Part shown: in pieces, positions 27,968 to 35,571 of the stretch
Position numbering within the stretch: the stretch's first letter is position 1
Layout: each line of letters starts with the position of its first letter
Origin: a virus
Strand: one strand, 5' to 3'
Length of the DNA: 64,000 nt
Virus record (IMG/VR): IMGVR_UViG_3300021400_000042
Program-made: the position numbers and the translations under genes
Notes under the pieces: model-generated
What the model was told of the DNA's origin: nothing
The model's input: the letters and a program-made list of their open reading frames with translations, nothing else
Databases searched by the model: none

Positions 27968-28222
27968 ATTACAAACGCCTGTAATATTCTGTAATATTGC
28001 GTAATTTTGTAATTTGGAATTCGGGAATCTCATTACAAAATTACGGAGTATTACAAAATCTGTAATCCGTGAAAGCCGCATAGAATAAGGCTTTATCTGC
28101 ATTTATTACAATATTACAAACATTTCTAATAGACCTATTGAAATAGAGAAAATAGAGAGTACATGTCCCGCCTGTCCCGCCTAATGCGAACACGTCTATA
28201 CGCGCGTGCGAGAAACGTAATT
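27968..28222 (+). repeat. copy 1 of a ~250-bp TTACAA/TTGTAA iteron-rich element (partner at 52452-52694)
   Basis: Colinear blocks are shared with copy 2: ATTACAAACG, GTAATATTGCGTAATTTTGTAAT, TTACAAAATTAC, TATTACAAA, AAATAGAGAG, TGTCCCGCCTAAT, AACACGTCTATA. There is an internal inverted repeat at 28001-28013 / 28032-28044. Confidence 0.75.
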
Positions 28223-28265
28223 AACTCCCCTGATAAACGACAGTCGAAAATGTTCAACTTTAGCA

Positions 28266-28294
28266 TTGACAAGTCGAAATAAGTTTGCTATAGT
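28266..28294 (+). promoter_or_regulatory. early promoter (TTGACA - 17 nt - TATAGT)
   Basis: Read directly. It is flanked and overlapped by AGTYGAA operator-like sites at 28242-28259, 28272-28289 and 28301-28318. Confidence 0.6.
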
Positions 28295-28336
28295 GTACTC
28301 AGTAAAACAAATTCAACTGAACGGAGGAACGCAAAA

Positions 28337-28600
28337 ATGATGAAAGCAAAGGCGCTCAACCTTAAAAACATGAAAGAGACACTGGTGAACTACAGCGGCG
28401 ATCAGAAAGAACTTGAAAAAATTTGGGACGGATTACATCAAATGGCGTGCCTGGGATTTATCACACAGGATACATGGAGAAAATTCTATGAGGAGTGCAA
28501 AGGCTGGTTCGTAACGACGGACGGGGCGGAAGTCAGAGACAGCGAACAGGGCGATGCAGTTATCTGGACATACACGGGGGAGGCACAGTACAAAGCATGA
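28337..28600 (+). CDS. hypothetical early protein
   Basis: 87-aa ORF with RBS GGAGG. Confidence 0.6.
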   Translation: MMKAKALNLKNMKETLVNYSGDQKELEKIWDGLHQMACLGFITQDTWRKFYEECKGWFVTTDGAEVRDSEQGDAVIWTYTGEAQYKA

Positions 28601-28803
28601 AAGCGATCATCAAGTATTACGATCAGTGGGGCGGTAAAAGGCAGGCCACGGTAGAGATTGAAACGAATGAGCCGAACAGCATTCTTGTCAAGGCCATGAA
28701 AACGAAGAAAATCAGTCCGTGGGATGTGGTCAGAACGATCCGGTGCGGTCAGAGAGAATACCAGTGGATGGGCAGAGCTAAAGAGGCTATGAAGGAGGCT
28801 TAA
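28597..28803 (+). CDS. hypothetical early protein
   Basis: ATGA overlap; internal start of track ORF 28495-28803. Confidence 0.5.
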   Translation: MKAIIKYYDQWGGKRQATVEIETNEPNSILVKAMKTKKISPWDVVRTIRCGQREYQWMGRAKEAMKEA

Positions 28804-28805
28804 TC

Positions 28806-29021
28806 ATGAAGAAGGGTGATACCTACCAGAATTTCGGATGCACCTGGGTAGTAGATGACGTTTACGAGGTTCCGGACTCAGCATTGATGAGTCCGGAAAA
28901 CCCCTTCGGGCTGTGGCACAAAAAGCGCTTTAAAGCGCATGTGATAAAGGCTCCGGAAGGATATGAGGGGGTCAGAGAGATGGACGCGGCATTGACCGGT
29001 TTTATGGCAGAGGAGGAATGA
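28806..29021 (+). CDS. hypothetical early protein
   Basis: 71-aa ORF, tightly packed. Confidence 0.55.
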   Translation: MKKGDTYQNFGCTWVVDDVYEVPDSALMSPENPFGLWHKKRFKAHVIKAPEGYEGVREMDAALTGFMAEEE

Positions 29022-29285
29022 GTGATGAAAAGGACAATCAGTGCAAAGCGTGTTTTAGATGAGCTGGCAGAGGCTTATAACGATCACACTATTGCCTATG
29101 GCTATGCAATGGCAACCGGTGACAATAAGACGGCAAATGAGCTTCAAATAGCTATCAATGTTATCAGCAAACTGGTAAGGGATCTTGGCTTCACGTCCGG
29201 TGTGGACTATACAACGGAACGTGTCCATGAGGAAATGGCCAATGTATCGTTCATGTACTGGAAGATGGAAAAGTGCGGAGGTTGA
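29022..29285 (+). CDS. hypothetical early protein
   Basis: 87-aa ORF; start is GTG 29022 or ATG 29025. Confidence 0.55.
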   Translation: MMKRTISAKRVLDELAEAYNDHTIAYGYAMATGDNKTANELQIAINVISKLVRDLGFTSGVDYTTERVHEEMANVSFMYWKMEKCGG

Positions 29286-29287
29286 AA

Positions 29288-29530
29288 ATGATTGAAATCG
29301 TAAGCAGCAGGAATGCATTGTCAGCGGAGGACCTACGGGTCCTCTGCATTCGGGAAAACTGGTTCACCAATGGGGATAATTCACAGTATGAGAAACTGTT
29401 TGACTTGAACCGGGAAGGCGCTTCCCTGGACGATCTGGCCTTGGTGATCTGGCTGTGCAGTTCGGATGTGGAACGCGAGGAAGTGCTACACAAGCTGAAT
29501 GAAAGATGCAGGAGGGTAAACTATGGTTGA
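29288..29530 (+). CDS. hypothetical early protein
   Basis: ATG 29288 follows GGAGG. Confidence 0.5.
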   Translation: MIEIVSSRNALSAEDLRVLCIRENWFTNGDNSQYEKLFDLNREGASLDDLALVIWLCSSDVEREEVLHKLNERCRRVNYG

Positions 29531-29675
29531 CTATGAAGCTCTGATTTTGGAGCGGCAGGAGAATATCGAGATCTGGGAAGATGAACCGGACAGTCCGTAT
29601 CTTCAGCAGCCCTTTGACAGCGGTAACTGGTGGGACGATATCCCGGATGAAGAATTTGAGGAGGTAAGACGATGA
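29523..29675 (+). CDS. hypothetical 50-aa acidic protein (below the track cutoff)
   Basis: MVDYEALILERQENIEIWEDEPDSPYLQQPFDSGNWWDDIPDEEFEEVRR*; overlaps its neighbours. Confidence 0.35.
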   Translation: MVDYEALILERQENIEIWEDEPDSPYLQQPFDSGNWWDDIPDEEFEEVRR

Positions 29676-29833
29676 CTGTAGAACAGAGGTATCAGGCAGC
29701 TATCAGGGAGATCGGAGGAGCCGCAGGGCTTCTCAGTCTTCCGGAAGAGGTAAAGGATATTCTGAAAGAGACTATGGACCTGGAAACAAAAACAGTGCTG
29801 TTGGAAGCAATCGCAGAGAAGAAAGAGAGGTAA
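29672..29833 (+). CDS. hypothetical 53-aa protein (below the track cutoff)
   Basis: ATGA overlap; MTVEQRYQAAIREIGG…EAIAEKKER*. Confidence 0.35.
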   Translation: MTVEQRYQAAIREIGGAAGLLSLPEEVKDILKETMDLETKTVLLEAIAEKKER

Positions 29834-29837
29834 GGGC

Positions 29838-30023
29838 ATGAAGGTTATTTTTACGATGGAGAAGGCAACAAAGAACACGATCCGGTTCACGGAGAAACTG
29901 GAAAACGAACTGGATGCACCGAAGATCGGAACGATTTATGTTCCAAAAGCCACCCTGGGCGCTATCGGCTGGAAGGAAGGCCGCGTGTTGACGGTAGATC
30001 TGGGAGCGGAGGAACCAGCATGA
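29838..30023 (+). CDS. hypothetical early protein
   Basis: 61-aa ORF. Confidence 0.5.
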   Translation: MKVIFTMEKATKNTIRFTEKLENELDAPKIGTIYVPKATLGAIGWKEGRVLTVDLGAEEPA

Positions 30024-30409
30024 GGCAGATGAGGCGGAGAGTCAGATACAGTGTGAACATTCACGGGGAGCGCGTTGAGCGTACTCCCCGTGAGTACCCT
30101 TACAGCTATGATCCGTTTCAGGTCTTCAAGGATCCTGCCTGGGCAGATACGGACGCGGTTGTTTACTCTGACCGGATGCTTCAGTGGGATCGGGACAAAT
30201 ACGATCAAAGCTGTGAGAAGATCTGGAATAATCACGGTCAGTCCTTCAGCGGGAGAGAACCGGCAGAGATTGAGAAGTTTCTGCAGCTGTATTTTGAGGA
30301 TCCTACATTGGTGCTGACCGGCATTGAAGCGGGATGTAATTATTCAAACGGATATCCGTTCTGGGTGTTCTACATGAGAGGTGAGAAGGTGTGTACAAAT
30401 ACTATTTGA
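30020..30409 (+). CDS. hypothetical early protein
   Basis: 129-aa ORF with ATGA overlap. Confidence 0.55.
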   Translation: MRQMRRRVRYSVNIHGERVERTPREYPYSYDPFQVFKDPAWADTDAVVYSDRMLQWDRDKYDQSCEKIWNNHGQSFSGREPAEIEKFLQLYFEDPTLVLTGIEAGCNYSNGYPFWVFYMRGEKVCTNTI

Positions 30410-30972
30410 CAGAGCGGCCGCGTTCAATCGCTACACAGCCGGACGGATACAAGGACTGGATCGATTACGATGAGCGGACGTATATTAGCGAGATCGGGCG
30501 GTCCGTCTGGGGAGTGCTGTACTATGATCGGCAGCTCACGCCGGAAGAGATTGAACGGTTTGAACTGTATGACGCATCTCTGATCCTGGCAAATGTCCTG
30601 AGAGGGCCGACAGGAGATAACGAGAAGGATCTGAAGCAGGAGCTTTATGGCGTGAGATGGGCGTATCAGTTTCTCTCTAACGGAACGTGGGGATGCGTTG
30701 ATCTTCAGAGTACGGATAAGACAGACAAAGGTGAGTCCTGGGCTATGGGGGCATACGGGAACATGAAGATCTTTATCATGAGCGGGATTGCAGAGGAAAT
30801 ATACCTGCTGCGGGATGTTGACCGGCAGGAAGCGGTCAGGGCAGCAAATCAGAAAGTGCGAGAAACCGGCTGCAAGGATATGTCCATCCTGAAAGAAGAG
30901 GTTGCAAAGAGAGCGCTGACAATCATAGATCGGGAGTACGTGGAAGCACAGCGGGAAGCAAGGTGGAAATGA
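30391..30972 (+). CDS. hypothetical early protein (N-terminus YYLTERPRSIATQPDGY…)
   Basis: 193-aa ORF with a GTG start after a GAGAGGTGAGAAGG RBS region. Confidence 0.55.
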   Translation: MYKYYLTERPRSIATQPDGYKDWIDYDERTYISEIGRSVWGVLYYDRQLTPEEIERFELYDASLILANVLRGPTGDNEKDLKQELYGVRWAYQFLSNGTWGCVDLQSTDKTDKGESWAMGAYGNMKIFIMSGIAEEIYLLRDVDRQEAVRAANQKVRETGCKDMSILKEEVAKRALTIIDREYVEAQREARWK

Positions 30973-30973
30973 G

Positions 30974-31108
30974 ATGACGATTTCAAAAGGGAACCGGTAT
31001 GCGGTTGATAATGGTTTTGGTTACGACCTGTATGAGCGGGATCGGTATGTTTGCAGTGTGGCTACACTGTCAGAGGCAGAGTATTTTGTGGACGGAGGGG
31101 ACGAATGA
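30974..31108 (+). CDS. hypothetical 44-aa protein (below the track cutoff)
   Basis: MTISKGNRYAVDNGFGYDLYERDRYVCSVATLSEAEYFVDGGDE*. Confidence 0.3.
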   Translation: MTISKGNRYAVDNGFGYDLYERDRYVCSVATLSEAEYFVDGGDE

Positions 31109-31443
31109 AAAAGCGGCCTGAGATCGGTACGGTGCTGTGGTCTGTACATGAGCATCTGTATTATATTCCGGGCAGAGCAGGACCGGTGATGGAGTATTGT
31201 GTCTGCGACGCTGCAGTAACAGGATATTACGAGGGCGGATTTGTGGAGATTTGTGTTACGGGCAAGAGTCCGGACGGATACCGCACACCGTACCGTTACA
31301 AGTTGGCTGATCTGGGGAAGAGTATATTCTTCACTCCAAGGGAAGCGGCAGAACTGGCACAGAGGGAAACAGAACGATATGAGCGGACATGGAGTCGGAT
31401 GGGATACCCGCCTATGCGCCGGACATGGGAGGTGTATTTATGA
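31105..31443 (+). CDS. hypothetical early protein
   Basis: ATGA overlap; internal start (MKKRPEIG…) of the track ORF. Confidence 0.5.
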   Translation: MKKRPEIGTVLWSVHEHLYYIPGRAGPVMEYCVCDAAVTGYYEGGFVEICVTGKSPDGYRTPYRYKLADLGKSIFFTPREAAELAQRETERYERTWSRMGYPPMRRTWEVYL

Positions 31444-31667
31444 GCATAAGAGTAGGCGGCCCCATGACGGGCGTTACCGGAATAAAGGAATGTGATACAT
31501 GCAGGTGGGCCGATATTTACGAAGGGCCGCGCACGATCAGGAAAGGAAGCATGACTTTGATCCAGAACGGAAAGCATAACATTGACTGCACTCATACCGG
31601 CGATAAAACCATAAACTTTGATGACAAAGGGATGAAGTGCAGCGGATGGGAGCCGCGCGAGGAGTAA
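31440..31667 (+). CDS. hypothetical Cys-containing early protein
   Basis: ATGA overlap; MSIRVGGPMTG…. Confidence 0.45.
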   Translation: MSIRVGGPMTGVTGIKECDTCRWADIYEGPRTIRKGSMTLIQNGKHNIDCTHTGDKTINFDDKGMKCSGWEPREE

Positions 31668-31680
31668 CAGCTACACATAA

Positions 31681-31706
31681 CATTATCCAACATTATCCAA
31701 CATTTT
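31681..31706 (+). repeat. tandem decamer CATTATCCAA x2 plus a degenerate third copy
   Basis: Read directly in the gap between the convergent early operon and the recombinase gene. Confidence 0.7.
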
Positions 31707-31707
31707 A

Positions 31708-31741
31708 CCCCGGAGGCTATTGAGCTTCCGGGGTATTTCTT
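31708..31741 (+). terminator. terminator between convergent genes
   Basis: CCCCGGAGGC-TATT-GAGCTTCCGGGG followed by TATTTCTTTT. Confidence 0.6.
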
Positions 31742-33343
31742 TTACAGCAGGCCTTCAATGGCGAACACATCCAGGTGCATGTACCAGATCAGGCGGAGTG
31801 GTTCGCCTGTTGGTCGCTCAGGTACGGGTGAGCGACTACAGTCGAACACTTCAGAAGTGCCGTCTGTAGTCGCTTTTTCTATGTCTTCAACCTTGACTGT
31901 ATTCCCGTCTCCGCTGAAATTCAGCGTAATCAGGAAGTGATCGTCATACAGGAAGATGGCGTTGACAAAAGTATCGATCAGTCGCTTTTTAGCATCCAGA
32001 TTATCCGTGTCCATATCACGCATGGTTTCCAGGAAGAATTCAATGCGCTCTTTGGTCAGCTTTATTCCCTTTGCAAGCTCTCGGTCAGCGAGGGCCTTTT
32101 TTAATGCCGCTTTTTGCCCGTTCAGTTCATCCAGGCGCGTCTGTATCAGATCGAAGGGCATTCCGCTCTCAACCGATTTCACGAGGTTTGCAATTCCCTT
32201 TTCTACGCCGGCAAGTTCCGTCTGCATTGCCTGTATTTCTGTCTGTTCTGTATCTTGCTTCAGGTAGAATTCCCAAGTCTTATCTACGATCAGCTGGAAG
32301 ATCTCTGGATTGTGAAGAATCTCATGGATCTTTTCAAGGACCAGAGGTTCTATATAGTCTTGCCGGACGTTCTGCTTATCACAGCCTTTACCGTTATGCC
32401 GGTTCCAGCAGCCATAATAGCAGTGCTTATCTCCGGTTCTGCTGGTTCCGCTTTTTCCTACCATCGAGGATCCGCATTTTCCGCAGAACAGTTTTCCTGT
32501 CAGCAGATAATCAGAGTATGACCATTTATGCGATGGCATTCTTTTATTGATCTTCAGCATATCCTGTACCTTCCGGAACGTGTCCTTATCTACGAGGGCC
32601 GGAACCGCGTCTTCATCCCGGATTATGTCCTTGTAGATGTATGTGCCGATGTATAACTCGTTATGCAGCATCCTTTTCAGACTGCTGCGGTTAAAAGCTA
32701 CACCGCGTTGTGTGCGATGTCCCTGCTCATTCAGATACCGGATGATTTCAAATTCTGTGCTGCCGGCAGCATACATCTCAAAGATTTTCTTTGCAATCGG
32801 ACCGGTTACAGGATCGATCTCATATGTCTTATCTGCGGCAGCCCGGTATCCGAATGCGATTGCACGGCCGCCGGGGACGTGATGCTTCTTTGCGGCTTCC
32901 AGCAGGCCGCGTCTTACGTTCTGGGACAGCTGCAGGCTGTAATATTCAGCCATGCCTTCCAGGACGCTTTCCAGGATCACGCCTTCCGGTCCGTCTACTA
33001 CATTCTCAGCTACGTATTCGACGCGGACACCGTGCTTTTTCGCCTTGTATTTGTTGAACGTGATTTCTTCCCGGTTACGTCCGAACCGGTCAACCTTCCA
33101 GACGATGATGACACTGAACTGATGTTTTGCACAGTCGTGTAACATCTGCTGGAAGGCCTCTCTGTTGTCGTTTGTGCCGGTTTTAGCTCTGTCACAGTAT
33201 TCCCGGATGATAGTGTATCCCTTTTTCTCCGCGTATTTCTGTGCAGCGGCAAGCTGACCTTCAATGGAGGTCTCATGCTGTTTTGCTGATGAGAACCGGG
33301 CATATACGACAGCCATTTCTCCATCTGTCTTCTTACCAGTCAT
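31742..33343 (-). CDS. large serine recombinase (integrase)
   Basis: N-terminal resolvase domain (VVYARFSSAKQ…VWKVDRFGRN), recombinase domain, and a Zn-ribbon (CGKCGSSM…CYYGC) followed by coiled coil. Confidence 0.9.
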   Translation of the reverse strand: MTGKKTDGEMAVVYARFSSAKQHETSIEGQLAAAQKYAEKKGYTIIREYCDRAKTGTNDNREAFQQMLHDCAKHQFSVIIVWKVDRFGRNREEITFNKYKAKKHGVRVEYVAENVVDGPEGVILESVLEGMAEYYSLQLSQNVRRGLLEAAKKHHVPGGRAIAFGYRAAADKTYEIDPVTGPIAKKIFEMYAAGSTEFEIIRYLNEQGHRTQRGVAFNRSSLKRMLHNELYIGTYIYKDIIRDEDAVPALVDKDTFRKVQDMLKINKRMPSHKWSYSDYLLTGKLFCGKCGSSMVGKSGTSRTGDKHCYYGCWNRHNGKGCDKQNVRQDYIEPLVLEKIHEILHNPEIFQLIVDKTWEFYLKQDTEQTEIQAMQTELAGVEKGIANLVKSVESGMPFDLIQTRLDELNGQKAALKKALADRELAKGIKLTKERIEFFLETMRDMDTDNLDAKKRLIDTFVNAIFLYDDHFLITLNFSGDGNTVKVEDIEKATTDGTSEVFDCSRSPVPERPTGEPLRLIWYMHLDVFAIEGLL

Positions 33344-33824
33344 TTTGTAATTTCAACGCCTCCTGCATTGTCAGGACATCCATGTACGGATCAAAGAAGA
33401 TCACATAGTCCTGATATTTAACGTGCGTGCCGTATTTATCGTGATAGCATTCCAAGCAATCTCTGAGAAAGTTCTGTGGAACATCGAGATATTCTGCAGT
33501 CTCATACATGTTCTTACAGCCGGCCTCTTTTGCTTCGATAAGGCCGGGTAATCCGATCTGTACGTCAAAGGCCCACATCCTTGCTTTGCGCTCCTGCTTT
33601 CTGGATTCGGGCGTGTCATCGAGGATATCACCGGATGATGTGAAGTAATGTCCAAGCTCTTCAGCCAGGACGCACGCTTTCTTCCGGTAGGTGGGTATAG
33701 TGCGACGGATAGCTACACGGTTGCCTTTGATACGTCCGTCATAGGCCTGCAGATCCTTTTCTCTGGTTACAAGGCCAAGGCTGTCAGCTACGGCAAGTAA
33801 GCCATCATAAGTCATGTAAACCAT
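33333..33824 (-). CDS. ImmA/IrrE-family metallopeptidase
   Basis: HEXXH-type motif LAEELGHYF. It is adjacent to and co-oriented with the XRE repressor. Confidence 0.7.
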   Translation of the reverse strand: MVYMTYDGLLAVADSLGLVTREKDLQAYDGRIKGNRVAIRRTIPTYRKKACVLAEELGHYFTSSGDILDDTPESRKQERKARMWAFDVQIGLPGLIEAKEAGCKNMYETAEYLDVPQNFLRDCLECYHDKYGTHVKYQDYVIFFDPYMDVLTMQEALKLQNDW

Positions 33825-33875
33825 CCCCTTTTACAGTTACATACCAAAAGCGTTGTCCGCGCAGGGTTACAATGG

Positions 33876-34361
33876 TCAAAAGTCATCGCCGTCCATGATG
33901 TCTTCATCATGAGCGATCATCTCCGGAGTTACCTTCACATCTGTTCTGACATGGGCGGCATTCGGAAGGGAGTCAAGATACTTATCCTGCATGAGCATCC
34001 CCTGGATGACACCTTCAGCCCGTAGACGGTCAGCCGGATCCAGTTTGCTGATTAGCTGCATCAGGTTGCTGTCAGCAGCAGGCCGCTGAAATGAAACAGT
34101 TTTCTGGGGAGCCGGATCCGCCGGTTTTGTTTTTCCCTTTGCATAATCGGTCGGATCATCGGTCCGGCCTAAAAGATAGTCTGTCGATACTTCCAGCGCG
34201 TCAGCGACGGCGGCCACAGTATTACCCAACGGCGTGATGTCCTTAGTGTTCCATTTTGAGATTGTTGCTTTTGTCGATCCAAATAGGCTGGCGGCCTTCT
34301 GAGAACACGGTTCCAGTCCACGCTTTTCCGCGATTGCAGCATATCTGTCATAGAAAGACAA
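33876..34361 (-). CDS. XRE/CI-type repressor (ImmR-like)
   Basis: N-terminal HTH (…SQKAASLFGSTKATISKWNTKD…VADALEVSTDYLLGRTD). TTG start preceded by GAGGTGA. Confidence 0.8.
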   Translation of the reverse strand: MSFYDRYAAIAEKRGLEPCSQKAASLFGSTKATISKWNTKDITPLGNTVAAVADALEVSTDYLLGRTDDPTDYAKGKTKPADPAPQKTVSFQRPAADSNLMQLISKLDPADRLRAEGVIQGMLMQDKYLDSLPNAAHVRTDVKVTPEMIAHDEDIMDGDDF

Positions 34362-34401
34362 CTCTGTTCACCTCACAGTCGAAAGAATTCTATTTTTCCT
34401 C

Positions 34402-34430
34402 TTGACAAGTTGAATTTGTTTTGCTACACT
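34402..34430 (+). promoter_or_regulatory. rightward early promoter (TTGACA - 17 nt - TACACT)
   Basis: Its spacer is nearly identical to that of the 28266 promoter (AGTTGAATTTGTTTTGC versus AGTCGAAATAAGTTTGC). Confidence 0.55.
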
Positions 34431-34512
34431 CGCTATAGACAGTTGAACGAGGTAGACCAAAACAAAAAGCAAAGAGTTCCGGTCATAGAGGATAGTTAAA
34501 AGTGGTGTTCTA

Positions 34513-34541
34513 ATTATACTCTATTAGTTGAAATCTTTCAA
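34513..34541 (-). promoter_or_regulatory. candidate leftward promoter for the repressor operon (TTGAAA - 17 nt - TATAAT on the minus strand)
   Basis: Read on the reverse complement. The -35 box overlaps the palindrome at 34526-34543. Confidence 0.4.
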
Positions 34542-34543
34542 CT
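34526..34543. promoter_or_regulatory. perfect palindromic operator candidate AGTTGAAA-TC-TTTCAACT
   Basis: Read directly. Related half-sites recur at three promoters. Confidence 0.55.
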
Positions 34544-34582
34544 GTAAATACATAAGAAATTTGCAGAGACAGGAGGTAAGGA

Positions 34583-34888
34583 ATGGCACTGGTTCTTAAC
34601 GAGGACTGGACGGCGCATGTAGTCGGGCAAATGCACAAGTACCGGATCATGAATATCGAGCTGGCAGCGCGATGTGTGTACAAGGTGGATGAGAACGGAG
34701 AGAAGAAGAGCTATTCTCCGCAGTATCTTTCCACGGTTCTGAACGGTAACAAGGTATTTGAGAGTGAAGAAGCCGCCCAGAAGACACAGGAACGCATTTT
34801 ATCGGCTCTGGATGAGCTGATAGCGGAAAGAATGAGCGAGGTAGAAAAATCAGATGCAGGGAATGATGCAGGACCCGAAGGGGATTGA
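34583..34888 (+). CDS. possible Cro/regulator-like protein
   Basis: First rightward gene, opposite the repressor. It has an HTH-like stretch NIELAARCVY…SPQYLSTVLNG. Confidence 0.45.
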   Translation: MALVLNEDWTAHVVGQMHKYRIMNIELAARCVYKVDENGEKKSYSPQYLSTVLNGNKVFESEEAAQKTQERILSALDELIAERMSEVEKSDAGNDAGPEGD

Positions 34889-35036
34889 CCTTTCACTTAT
34901 CCCACCTGCAGAAATTCAAAACCTGGCAGCAACGTTTCTCGATGCCGTAAAGAGCTTTTATGAGGATCCTGGAAACGAGGCGAAGTTCCAGGCATGGTTA
35001 CGGCGGCGGGAAGAACAGAGGAAACAAGCGGTATAG
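34854..35036 (+). CDS. hypothetical protein
   Basis: 60-aa ORF overlapping the previous gene. Confidence 0.35.
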   Translation: MQGMMQDPKGIDLSLIPPAEIQNLAATFLDAVKSFYEDPGNEAKFQAWLRRREEQRKQAV

Positions 35037-35061
35037 CAATCACATACAAGGAGGCAAAACT

Positions 35062-35562
35062 ATGTTGGAAATCAAAGTAAACATCGAGGCAACCGCACCG
35101 GATCTTTCAGCAGCAATCGAAAAACTGGCAGTGGCGCTGAAAGGATCGGTGATCCTGAGTCCGGAAGGGGTGCAGACGCAGCTCAGTGGAGTACAGGTTG
35201 CAGGAAACCCTACAGTTACTCCTGCATCGGCTACTGTGGAAAGTGTTCCTGCAGTCAATACGAATGCGCAGCAGGCTGTAGCACAGAACGCGGTTGACCA
35301 GATTCCTGCAGCGCAGGCACAGCCGGGGCAGACGGCGCAGGTCGCACAGCAGCAGTTCATGAATCCGCCTGTTACGGCAGCAGCTCCGGTAATTGATCTG
35401 GAAACGATCAGCAGAGCAGGCGCGGCCCTTATCGATCAGGGAAAGACAGGGAATGTCCTTGCATTACTGAAGCAGTTCGGAGTACCGGCGGTCAATCTTC
35501 TGGATCCGAGTCAGTACCCGGCATTTGCAGAGGGCTTGAAAGCACTGGGCGCAAGTATCTGA
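35062..35562 (+). CDS. hypothetical Ala/Gln/Pro-rich protein
   Basis: ATG 35062 follows AAGGAGG. Confidence 0.55.
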   Translation: MLEIKVNIEATAPDLSAAIEKLAVALKGSVILSPEGVQTQLSGVQVAGNPTVTPASATVESVPAVNTNAQQAVAQNAVDQIPAAQAQPGQTAQVAQQQFMNPPVTAAAPVIDLETISRAGAALIDQGKTGNVLALLKQFGVPAVNLLDPSQYPAFAEGLKALGASI

Positions 35563-35571
35563 TGGAGGTGA

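Noticed and set aside
26096-28102. 668-aa ORF on the minus strand
   Set aside because: It is antisense to the endolysin gene, which has recognisable CHAP and SH3b motifs, and it extends into the iteron region. The composition is not protein-like.
27968-28222. Possible CRISPR array or transposon ends suggested by the many TTACAA/GTAAT repeats
   Set aside because: The repeats are short (6-13 nt), irregularly spaced and partly inverted. There is no repeat-spacer periodicity and no cas or transposase gene. Iterons or protein-binding sites fit better.
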